A DNA stretch of 63,870 nt, the filler included, from Porpidia crustulata (taxonomy: Eukaryota), in the NCBI GenBank assembly GCA_964255105.1. It is 12 parts of 12 records of this genome, joined end to end, with 100 filler letters (N's around TTAATTAATTAA, not from the genome) between each part and the next. Parts side by side here need not be neighbours in the genome. Positions count along the whole stretch, not along the records: positions 26,740 to 31,979 come from CAXUWE010001875.1; positions 32,080 to 37,311 come from CAXUWE010001876.1; 10 more parts are not named here. One strand, written 5' to 3'. Positions 26,640 through 36,921 of this stretch are shown piece after piece. The stretch's first letter is position 1; the number at the start of each line of letters is the position of its first letter. The position numbers were made by a program, and so were the translations under genes. The notes under the pieces are model-generated. The model was given only the letters and a program-made list of their open reading frames with translations, ran no database searches and had not been told where the DNA came from.

Positions 26640-27120
26640 NNNNNNNNNNNNNNNNNNNNNNNNNNNNNNNNNNNNNNNNNNNNTTAATTAATTAANNNNN
26701 NNNNNNNNNNNNNNNNNNNNNNNNNNNNNNNNNNNNNNNGACGTATCTGCTGGGGGAGTGTTGAAAATAGAGCATCTAGGTCCTACGACTAGGTTATAGC
26801 ATTAATAGAAGATTCGGTGGGTTCTATCGCTGGCCACACTGACGTAAACTTGTTCCTACTGAAAATTCCACGGGAATTGATTTCACCATAGTCTATGTTT
26901 TGAAATCAACATACTCGTCAAATTAAAGCGCAAGAGCTCTGTACTTGAGCCTATCACGTGAGTTTCAACGGTCAAACATTTCAATGCAACTATTGTACTG
27001 TGCATTTTATTCTCCTTCGTGGTTAGAAATAAAAAGAATGACAAAGATAGGACTTGCTCTTTCAATACTCTTCCACAAACTCCACAAGCTTTCCATTCGC
27101 GACGTTAACGCTGCTCCATT

Positions 27121-27963
27121 TCAGTTTCCAAGCCCCATCCCATCCCAGATTTCACGCTCACGCCTTTGATTCTTGCTCAAAAAATGGTTTAATTCCATGT
27201 CAGCCGTATCGCATCTGGAACTATCACCAGAAGCAGCACCGATTTGACTAGCGCACGCATATACCTGATATAGCCACCGCTTTGGTGACTTTGAGTTGGT
27301 TAATAGCTCAGGAAACTCCATACTACGCTTTTCCGCATCTGACACCAGTCGTACGCCTGCTCTCGAGAGTAACGGCTCGCCTAGCCGGAAATAGCGAGAA
27401 ACGTCAGCGTCAGATATCCAGAGCGGATGTTGCGTCCAGGGGTCAAAGAAACGGCTATCTTTCGTTTCGTAGGTACTTGGGACCCTCCATGCTGGATCTG
27501 TGATGTCGGTCGAGCAGTGGTCGGCTAGCAAGCCTGCTTCCCGGAGCGCAACTGCGAGATCAGCCCGCTCTTTGTGGACTCCCTCTCTAATGAGCCAGGA
27601 AATATAGTCGAGCGGAACGTCGCTCAATTTGTTTCCTGCATATGTGCCAAAGTCGAGGATGTAGGCGGATCCATCGTAGTTCAACATTGTGCCATTGTTC
27701 TTTGCAAGCTTACTGATCGTAATTTTCCTCGGAACGGCTTCTTCGCTTTCTGAGACTTGACGCTTTTTGATTGGGGTAGATGGTGAAGATTCAGGTCCCG
27801 CAGCGGATGAGAGGTATTTGCCTTGGATCAGCGCTGCTTTGAGATCTTCTTTGTTGGCGTATACTTCCTTCTCGATGAGCCAGGAGAGGTAGCTTGGCGG
27901 TACGTCCTGAAGCGTTCGACCTTCGTGCCTTCCGAATTTCATGCGGTATCGTTGGCCGTCCAT
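27121..27963 (-). CDS. Intronless 280-aa protein with two DUF3820/ExoX-C-terminal-like repeats
   Basis: MKFGRHEGRTLQDVPPSYLSWLI and LDFGTYAGNKLSDVPLDYISWLI, each followed by a DLxxAL helix. Confidence 0.7.
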   Translation of the reverse strand: MDGQRYRMKFGRHEGRTLQDVPPSYLSWLIEKEVYANKEDLKAALIQGKYLSSAAGPESSPSTPIKKRQVSESEEAVPRKITISKLAKNNGTMLNYDGSAYILDFGTYAGNKLSDVPLDYISWLIREGVHKERADLAVALREAGLLADHCSTDITDPAWRVPSTYETKDSRFFDPWTQHPLWISDADVSRYFRLGEPLLSRAGVRLVSDAEKRSMEFPELLTNSKSPKRWLYQVYACASQIGAASGDSSRCDTADMELNHFLSKNQRREREIWDGMGLGN

Positions 27964-28716
27964 TGTCGCGTCTGGCTGGCGACTAAGCGTTATTGGAGTC
28001 TACCTTAGTTTTGTACGGCAGCTGGGAAACTCCCCTCGATGATGTGATGGCCTTGTTTCGTTGGGGTTCTTGCTAGGAATGTCCTTATTATATCAGCAAG
28101 GCTGTGCATGCTTACTGTACAGAGGTACAGAAGCACACACGGCACAGTAATTAGAATACGCGTTGTCTTGGCGTACAAGCCACACTTCAGCAACAGGAAT
28201 TGCTCTTCTGCCACGCCCACCCAGTACATGACGTGTGCTCGAGCCTGGAAATGAGGCAAGGTAATGAGTTGATTGCCGACGATGGCATCCCCCAGTAGAA
28301 GATATACCTTCTGCACCTGTTAACAAAATGGACAAGGCTTCTCATGATTGTGCCCGGTACTTCTTTCAGCGAAGCCAAGGCGCACATACATACAACCCAG
28401 GATGCCAGGCTACACTGGTAGTATCGGGCCACCCGCACGTTCTGCACGACAACGTCAGGTAGGGCATATTCATGTTCCGTGCCGACATGTCTTAAAGTCA
28501 GTCCGACGTATAATCTTGCCGTCGCGATCATTAAGATTGTCGAATTAATTACCTGTAATCGATCTGTTTTATTTACAACGATATAGTAAAATTGTTCGAA
28601 AAACATATAAATCAGTATAATCGATGTCAATGCTCTTCAATAATAATATCTGCGATATCGTTCCGTTCTATCACTTCGAAGAATTCGCCGTGTTAAAATT
28701 ATATTCTAATTGCTAA

Positions 28717-31417
28717 ATGTCTTCGTCCCTTCTTACTTCGGTTTCTAAAGATCTAAGTCTATGCAATGTTTGTTGAGCGATTGACTTCTCGGCGGCTGCT
28801 CCAAATAAGCCACTTCCGAAATTTGGTTTTCACCTGGAGCTAGGATCATGGGATTTGATCATGGACAAGCGGATCATGTGTTCATTCTGCTACCTTATTT
28901 ACGAAGCTGTCGTCAAGGCCTGCGGTTCTGAAGACTATGTCCGAGACGATCCCCTGCAAAGATCTCGTGAATGTGGACTACATCTTAGCGAAGGGTTGCA
29001 GTTTACCGACGCAGCCGGAATACACAAATCTAGTCAGAAGATTTTCGAAATTGAGATTAAACCTTTCTGGCCTCTTCCAGTAAAGCTTTGGAATGTGGGG
29101 CATTTGAATCAAATTCTTCTCCCGAGGATAGGTGACGGTCACTCTAGCGAGGACTCGCTGAATTGTGCAAGACGGCTGAAGTCTGGTGTCATCGATTTCG
29201 AGCTCGTTAAAGCCTGGATACAGCAGTGCAGGTCGTGTCACGAAGAATGTAGGGATGTAGAACGGCCAGGAGCTCTAAATAGAATAGCTAGTCTACGTTT
29301 TCTTGATGTTGAGCGTCAGTGTTTGACGCAAACTGTAGAACATTGCAGATACGTGGCCTTGAGTTACGTCTGGGGAAATGCTCAGGTAAGTAGGCTTCGC
29401 GAGTATGATTTGGAACTACTTACACGTGAAGGAGCACTCAAAAACCTGGTCATTCATCGTACCATACAAGATGCAATAACAGTTGTCCAGCGCATTGGCG
29501 AGCGCTACCTTTGGGTTGACTCGTTATGTCTCATGCAGGACAGCCCAAGCGACCAAAAGATGCTGGCTGAGATGGGCGCACTATATAGCCATGCTGTTCT
29601 CACTATAGTCGTTGCCCATGGAGTGGATGCTGACGCTGGTATCCCTGGCGTTCAGCCAGGCTCGAGGCACATAGATCAGGTAATCACGGAGATAAAACCA
29701 GATCTCCATCTATCCATCTCCACGTGTCCAACCAAGGGTCATCTCGACCATTCGCCATGGAAATTCCAGAGGCTGGACTTACCAAGAAAGATTGATGTCT
29801 CATCGGATGCTCATTTTCCTACGAGAACAGGTATCTTGGCATTGCTCTGCTGAAAATTGGACTGAAAGTCGGTTCCTAGAACATCCTCGACGTACACGAT
29901 GGAGAGGGCCGCAACATCGCTTCAAATTTTCAGATGTTTGCACTCGCCATTCGCCCGCAATACACAATGTGCGCAAGCCAATTTTTGGTCCACGTTTGAT
30001 ACGGACCGGTGGCCTGGAGATGTATTTCTGCACAGTCGAGGCATACACAGCTCGTTGCCTTAGATTTGAAAAGGATGTTCGAGACGCGTTCGCCGGGCTA
30101 AGCAAGAGTCATGAGACGGCTATGGAGTCTAAAAATTTTTGGGGACTACCAGAGCGCTTCTTCGACATGGCAATGCTGTGGTTTCGAGGTCAAGTTTTCC
30201 TGAAGAGAAGGATATGTCACAGTAAAGTGCCGCAGGCTGGTGGTGAAAATGACAACTGCCAACCATTTCCTTCTTGGTCTTGGGCAGGGTGGGTGGAACC
30301 TATACGTTGCAGTACTGATGATTTACCTTATCGGAGTCGCGACCCACAAGAGGAGCATGTACGCAGCATTGTCAAGTGGTATCGCCTAATTAGAAGGGAG
30401 GAGGGCTTGAGTAGCCTGCTAGATAATGGCTTCAGTGTTCCGATTTCATCCACTGACACATTTGAAAGGATCACGCAAGCACACGAAGATCCCGATAATA
30501 AGTACGAGACAATGCCAGAAGAGATAACTATCAGTAGCGAAAGGAACACAGAGAGACACCGATTCGATCTACCACTTCAGACTAGCAGAGACCTAGACAG
30601 TGACGCTGGAGAAGCAGAGATTGATGATGTCTCAAAAATTGCAGAAGGTATTATTGCGATTCAGGCTTCTGCGATGCACAGATCAGGGCCAAAGAATGGA
30701 AATGTATCTGAAAGAACAATCTTATTCAAGGGATCGCACTGGGTCCATTCGATAAATGAAGAAGGTATAACATCTATAGTGCCACCCGAAGAACATGAAA
30801 AAGCATTCGGCAAAGACTTACCTATGGCTCCGCCTTATCAGTCCATCGACACATCCGTCTCTGAAGAATACCTACCTGGAAATCGCACGGATTTCACTCC
30901 CGGAGAGGAGCACCGCGAGACCCTTGACCTTCTCAGTAGATTCATCGCAAAGCGTGACTTCAGATATCTCTATTTCAAAAGCTCGACCACTTTCTTCCGC
31001 ATTCGACCTCACAAATATGAACCTGGTGAGGTTGCCTCACAATACGGTATCAGCGAAGAATACCCTTCAAGATACAGCATACTTGGCTACGATGATAGGG
31101 TAGTAGTTTGGGTCCAGCTCAACACTGATGTTAAAGACTTCCGCCCCAACCCTGCTATTCATGACTTCGTGATCATTTCCGAAGCCCAGCTGTATGGTGA
31201 GTACGAGCTCGATATGAACGGGACATTGCTAGACGCGGCGACGAACCCGGAGGGATTACTTTTGCATCAAGACTGGCGTCGTTTCAGGTTCTGGAATGTG
31301 TTGCTTGTTGAGTGGGATGATGGTGTAGCCTACCGTCTTGGAAAAGGTAGGGTATGGAAGTTTGCGTGGGCGTTCGGGGATCGGCCACCTAGGCTTGAAA
31401 TCATCACGCTGGGATAG
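28717..31417 (+). pseudogene. Heterokaryon-incompatibility (HET, PF06985-type) domain gene, disrupted
   Basis: ATG 28717, then LCNVC*AIDF (TGA 28774-28776). HET motifs YVALSYVWG, TIQDAI, RYLWVDSLCLMQD, MGALYSHA. An extra A at ~29761 shifts W-NSRGWTYQERLMSHR out of frame. Downstream FPSWSWAGW and GVAYRLGKG. Confidence 0.85.
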
Positions 31418-32079
31418 TCAGATCGTCCAATTTTGCTTGGAATTGCGGCCTGTGAGCCGGCATGCGTTTTCTTCTTATACGGAAGAACCCTTACCCTAGT
31501 TGGACGTGGAAGATATAGAGAATGCGGGTTTGGATCTGTCCGCGAGGAGCTATGACGATGAGATGTTGGGGAACAGGTTGCGCTGTTTAAGACAGCCAAA
31601 ACAGTCGCTGAAACAGCGGGCGAGTTTCGGGAAAACAGAGAACATGATCGTGAAGTGCAACTGAAGCGATCTTTTTATAAGGCCTGGTGCCCTGGTCTGG
31701 GTAGCTATCTAGTTAGCGTACTACGCTGTATTTGCACCGAATAATCACACAATTTTCTCGGAAGAAAATCGAGAAAAATAGAAGTGTAGCGAGAGAATCT
31801 CCGTTCTCTTCCTCTACAGATATCATTCAAGTCAGTAATGCTCGATCCTATCACGAAGCTTATTAATTATCTTGTATTTTAGTACTCGCGTTCCTTTAAA
31901 GATTTTCACAATCTCATTCATCTAAACAACATTTTACTGCTATATATAGAGCTTTGTAAACAGATAAATGCATTAATAANNNNNNNNNNNNNNNNNNNNN
32001 NNNNNNNNNNNNNNNNNNNNNNNTTAATTAATTAANNNNNNNNNNNNNNNNNNNNNNNNNNNNNNNNNNNNNNNNNNNN

Positions 32080-32860
32080 GGGGTGGGATCGTTTTGGATG
32101 GTTGATTGTGGTGCTGTGGTCTGAGTGGCGCTTTCCTCTTCCTTTATTGGGGTCCCGCCGTCCGGTTCCCTCCCTTCATTCGGATCGTAGCCCCAGCGCT
32201 TTAGCACGCTGATTTCTCTTCCCATGACCTTTACCTTTGGCTGCCCCTGCCCCCAGCCTTCCTCCTCGGCGGTGTTTCCCTTTTCGATTCCGAGGCTTTT
32301 GGCCTTGGTCTTGCTGTTCGCGCTGACGACGCCTTGTGCGAGGCTGAGACGCGAGGACAGTGGTTGTGAGGGCATGGTATATTTCAGGAGGGTGACGGCG
32401 AAGGCAAGAACAAGGGGGGCGCGGTTGGTATGTAGGGCTACTTCTGCTAGTTCTTCTTCCGTACAAGTGCTGGAGGGAAGAGCGAGAGATGCTTCCATGG
32501 CAAAGGGGGTGGTTTGTTCTGAGGGTAGGGTTGGTTTCTGCCGTTTAGCGGGCGACAAGGGTTGGGTGTCGCTGGACGAGCGCTTTTTGGTGGTCCGTTT
32601 GGCGGCGGCGATGATTTGTTTCGAGCGCTTCTCTTCGATGAAGATGCCTTGGACGGTTTGTAAGTCGGTCTTTGCTAGGATATCTGGGCTGTGAGAGTCA
32701 ATGATACTGAGTCAAGACTAGATTGAGATGGGACAGTAGCATACGATGTCAATCCAGCCTTCTGCAAGTCTTTGATCTTTCCCATAGCGACAGGAAGAGG
32801 TATCTTTGCATCTTGGGAAAGAAAACGTAACAGAGCTTGGATTTCCACCGTAGTCGCCAT
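32080..32860 (-). CDS. Conserved fungal hypothetical protein, one intron, 3' truncated
   Basis: LLRFLSQDAKIPLPVAMGK, TNRAPLVLAFAVTLLKYTMPSQPLSSRLSLAQ, EEEGWGQGQPKVKVMGREISVLKRWGY. GTATGC donor near 32744. Confidence 0.8.
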
Positions 32861-33046
32861 CGTGAGTCAATTCCCGGACAACTCTCAAGACGATTGCTGG
32901 CTATATGAAGGTCGAGGTGGAAAGCGGAACGCCCCACTTGAGCTCCATGTCCATTCAGTGCTGATTGTAAAATCCTAACTCCGACCACTTCTATATTCAA
33001 CTCAATTGCCTGCAGATTGTATATCGGCGATTTCAAAGACATCAGC

Positions 33047-35539
33047 ATGGCAGAGGACTCTAAGATTAAGGAATTCCCTGATATCGGGTCAAAGCTCACT
33101 GTACCGACTAAGAAGTCACTGTTCGAGCGTCAAAAAGCTGAAGCTGAAGCAAAACGCCAGCGAGACCAAGAAGAGACCGCAGCAGTCTACGAAGATTTCA
33201 TCAAGTCTTTTGATGATGAAGATGGTTCGCGACCACCAGATAACCCTGCCTCTCGAGGGGGATCAGCATTCGGAGCTTCAAAAGGCAGTTCTTTTGCTGG
33301 ACAATCAAAACGACATTTCTCTGGACCAGCTTCAAAAGGGCGAGGGCATAGTGGACCAGGTAGCTTAGGGCCTCCGCCGCCCTCACTGTCACGTAAAAGG
33401 GCCTTTGATGGATCCCAGCCATCACGGAAAGAGACAAACCACAATCTATTTGCATTCGAAGACTCTATAGGTCCGATCGACGCAAAGGCTGCGTTTCAGA
33501 CTTCTGATGACGAAGATGCTGCTACTCATTCAAGGGCAGCTGAAAGAGCTACTCCAAAGCCTACACTTCGAATGTCTTCATTGCCACCTGGAACATCTCC
33601 CGCAGTAATCAAATCTGTTCTACCCTCAAATATAAAGGTTGAGGGGATCCGAATTCTACCTCCTTCTGGGCCTGGTACCTCAGATCGCAGATCACTTTCA
33701 GCGATCATCACATTGGCAGAAGATACGCCTGCGATTGATATTGATACCACTGTAAGCGCTCTCCAGAACAGATATATGGGCCGCGGCTTCTACCTTTCGT
33801 TGTCGCGTCACCTATCCTCGGCTGCCATAGGGGCAGAAATGCCATCTATGGGAACCTCGTCTGCGGCATCCTCTCTACCATTCGGTGCTCGCCCTATACC
33901 CACAGGCCCGAGTGCCAATTTCGGCCGCGTACAGCCGTCGAGTACACATCGTGGTGGCTACGCTCCACCACAGTCATATGCTCCAAGTTCGGAACAGTAT
34001 GTTCGAGGCGCCCCCGCGGTTCAAGTTAATGTTACGCCTCCTGCCGATCTAAAACAGCTTAAACTCATCCACAAGACTGTGGAAGCTCTTATCACTAATG
34101 GCCCGGAGTTTGAAGCCCTTCTAATGAGCCGAAAGGATGTGCAGATGGATGAAAAGTGGGCTTGGTTGTGGGATTCTCGAGGTATTGGTGGAGTGTGGTA
34201 TCGTTGGCGAATTTGGGATGTTCTTACAGGAGCACAGAAAAGGATCAGTGCTAGAAAGGCTCCAGCTTTGCAACGCCTCTTTGAAGGGGGAGCGCCATGG
34301 GCTGCGCCTGAAAAGGGCTTACCATTCGAGTACACGACCCATATCGAAGAATTTGTCTCTGATTCGGACTACAATTCTTCAGATGATGAAGATTCTGGCG
34401 ATGAAGGACGACGTCGCTATTCCCATCATCACGGAGGTGCTCCTCCTCCGGATGTTGCTAACCTAGACGGTGACGACCAAGCCTATCTCACCCCGCTTGA
34501 AAAAGCTAAATTGACGCATCTATTGGCTCGACTACCAACTACAAACGCCAAGCTCAGAAAAGGGGATGTAGCCCGGATCACCGCATTTGCCATACAACAC
34601 GCCGGCGAAGGGGCTGAGGAGGTAGTGCAGATGATCACTGCCAATGTCCTCAAGCCATTTGCCGTGTCCGGCGCCAATCCTGAAAGAAAGATATCTGGGG
34701 ACGACCCAGCAATAAAGGAAGAAGACGATGGAAATGAAGATGATAGAAAACCAGTAGAAAAGGAAGACAAATCGTCCTCAAAGTTGATAGGGCTTTATAT
34801 CATATCGGACATCTTATCGTCGTCTTCCACCAGTGGTGTTCGCCACGCTTGGCGCTATAGACAGCTTTTCGAAGCCGCACTCAAGCAGAACAAGGTCTTT
34901 GAACGTCTCGGAAGACTAGATAAAATCATGTCTTGGGGCCGCCTGCGCGCTGAGAAGTGGAAGCGAAGCGTAAGCAGTGTTCTAGGATTATGGGAGGGTT
35001 GGTGTGTCTTTCCCCAAGCATCCCAGGAGCATTTCTCAATGATGTTCACAAATCCTCCACTCACAACAGCCGAAGAAGCTGCCAACGTAGCAGCAGAAAC
35101 CGCTATGGCGACGGCGTCTGCTGCCAAATCGCGGTGGAAAACCGTCGATGAGAAGGCACGCGAGATGGAAGTTCTTCATTCTGAAGCTGGCAAGTCAGGG
35201 CCAGCTGGTACCGGAGATTCTATGGATGTTGATGTAGATGGTGAGCCTATGGATGACGACGAAGATCTTAACGGCGAGCCTATGGACGATGGAGACATTG
35301 ATGGCGAGCCAATGGAGGATTCAGACGACAACGAACTGAATGGTAACGAAGCTTCAGGCGACAACGTCCGGGAGTTGAATGCAACAGGAGGCGAGTCCGT
35401 TGAAGCCGAAGGGGAAGCAGGTGTTGGGTTCAAGATAAGCAAGGACGGTGTCGGTGGACCTTCGAAGCACATCATACCAGCAAGTCGAGGGAAGCGACCC
35501 AAAGCTGAAGACATGTTTGCGGATTCGGATGGCGAATGA
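33047..35539 (+). CDS. U2SURP: U2 snRNP-associated SURP/CID-domain protein (SR140-like)
   Basis: AAVYEDFIKSF, SURP-like LIHKTVE..GPEFEALLM..WYRWRIW, CID-like LYIISDIL..VRHAWRYR..AEKWKRSV..WEGWCVF, three xGEPM repeats. Confidence 0.85.
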   Translation: MAEDSKIKEFPDIGSKLTVPTKKSLFERQKAEAEAKRQRDQEETAAVYEDFIKSFDDEDGSRPPDNPASRGGSAFGASKGSSFAGQSKRHFSGPASKGRGHSGPGSLGPPPPSLSRKRAFDGSQPSRKETNHNLFAFEDSIGPIDAKAAFQTSDDEDAATHSRAAERATPKPTLRMSSLPPGTSPAVIKSVLPSNIKVEGIRILPPSGPGTSDRRSLSAIITLAEDTPAIDIDTTVSALQNRYMGRGFYLSLSRHLSSAAIGAEMPSMGTSSAASSLPFGARPIPTGPSANFGRVQPSSTHRGGYAPPQSYAPSSEQYVRGAPAVQVNVTPPADLKQLKLIHKTVEALITNGPEFEALLMSRKDVQMDEKWAWLWDSRGIGGVWYRWRIWDVLTGAQKRISARKAPALQRLFEGGAPWAAPEKGLPFEYTTHIEEFVSDSDYNSSDDEDSGDEGRRRYSHHHGGAPPPDVANLDGDDQAYLTPLEKAKLTHLLARLPTTNAKLRKGDVARITAFAIQHAGEGAEEVVQMITANVLKPFAVSGANPERKISGDDPAIKEEDDGNEDDRKPVEKEDKSSSKLIGLYIISDILSSSSTSGVRHAWRYRQLFEAALKQNKVFERLGRLDKIMSWGRLRAEKWKRSVSSVLGLWEGWCVFPQASQEHFSMMFTNPPLTTAEEAANVAAETAMATASAAKSRWKTVDEKAREMEVLHSEAGKSGPAGTGDSMDVDVDGEPMDDDEDLNGEPMDDGDIDGEPMEDSDDNELNGNEASGDNVRELNATGGESVEAEGEAGVGFKISKDGVGGPSKHIIPASRGKRPKAEDMFADSDGE

Positions 35540-35818
35540 ACTTCGAAGTTTTGAATCTTGAGTATACCTGGCTACATCGATAAGATTAAGGTTGAAGGCA
35601 CAATCCTCCAGTCACTACGCAACAGGTGCTGGATCGTGTTCACTATTACTAAAGTCAAGTGGTAGCATTACCCATTCAAGTATTGTTGTAGCATTTCGTC
35701 ATCGAATCGGATATCCCAACAAGGCTCAAATACCGATCTTGGACTACATGCCGTTGCTAAGCAATACTCTATAGAGCTATCATCCCATTTGATGTGGGCT
35801 TGCCGAGTAGGTTAGAAT

Positions 35819-36921
35819 TTACGGCAGCGAGTCTAACAGTCTCTTTCCATGTGCTCTATGACTCAACAGAAGATCTCCTAATTCTATCAAACTCCTGATG
35901 CGGGGAAGGCCTTCATCCTTGTGTTCGTTTTCTCGATCCAGTAAGATACCACCCCAACCAGCGGCCATAGCGCCTCGAGCATCCTTCTCGACATCGTCGC
36001 CGCAATGAACGTATTCATATTCGACGTCTGACTCTACTGGTAACAGTGCCTTTGCGGCGTCGAATATCCTTCGGTCAGGCTTCTCGAAGCCAACGTCATA
36101 ACTCAGGACTACAAATTGGACATCGCTATTACCTCTTGACTGCCACACCGGCAAAGATGCTTTCGCGTTAGCATCATAGCGCCGAGCGGTAACACTTATT
36201 TGAAGACTTGAGAGAATGGGAAGGACGCGGTCATCAGAATTTGTTATGATGCCAACGACCACTTCAGGTATACTCGAGTCATGCCGCGACCTTGCCCTTG
36301 CCTCCCGTACACTTTTGAAGAACGGGGGAACGTCAGGATAGAGACGGTAGCCTATCGCGGAGCTAAAACGAGAGAGGAGATCGGGCACAAGCTTAGTGGG
36401 CAAAGAGGAAGATGTTGGGATCAAGGGGGAGAATGAGGACTGGATGACCTGAGAGTTGTCAGGAGATGGCGACGTCTGTTCCACGTAGATCTTTTGTGAT
36501 GCAGTTGCCACATGAGGAAGATTGTAAACTCCGAAATCATACAACGCAGACATTGTAAGAAGACGCATCAGGCAGTCATCCTATGATGAACAGATAACGT
36601 TTCCACACTGAACTATCAACATGCTTACATTGGCCCACCACTCAGACGCCTCCATCCTCACCGCCTTCCCGTAGTTCGGGCGATCACTCGACTCCCTCTT
36701 GAACGCTAACGCGCTTTGTCAGAACCTTCAACACCGGGGAAAGTAAACAATTAGGTAGCGATACCGGCGCGGAACCTCCTCTCCACTTCGGCGTGTGTGA
36801 AACCTGATAAGCCATGCTTCTTGGCCACCCTGGCATATTGCTTGGCTATGGGTTCTCGAGGAGTAAACAGGGTACCGAAAGCATCGACAGTCAGCACGAC
36901 AGTACGCCTTTTGGTGGTCAT
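35819..36921 (-). CDS. HAD-superfamily hydrolase (HDHD3-like); exons 36921-36765, 36705-36629, 36448-35819
   Basis: Motif I LTVDAFGTLF, ITNSDDR, SYDVGFEKPDRRIF, HCGDDVEKDARGAMAAGW. Exon phases sum in frame. Confidence 0.88.

Noticed and set aside
28774..28776. Premature stop in the HET gene rescued by A-to-I editing or readthrough
   Set aside because: An independent frameshift lies downstream, so simple pseudogenisation is more parsimonious.
31686..31750. tRNA-like fold
   Set aside because: No T-loop GTTCRA consensus and wrong arm spacing.
25633..31979. Captain followed directly by the tandem-domain and HET genes as one Starship with cargo
   Set aside because: An artificial spacer (26640-26739) separates them. 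The adjacency reflects length sorting, so physical linkage is unsupported.
36449..36628. TPP riboswitch or C/D snoRNA in the long HAD intron
   Set aside because: No TPP consensus. The only perfect C box (ATGATGA 36583) is antisense and too close to a CTGA.
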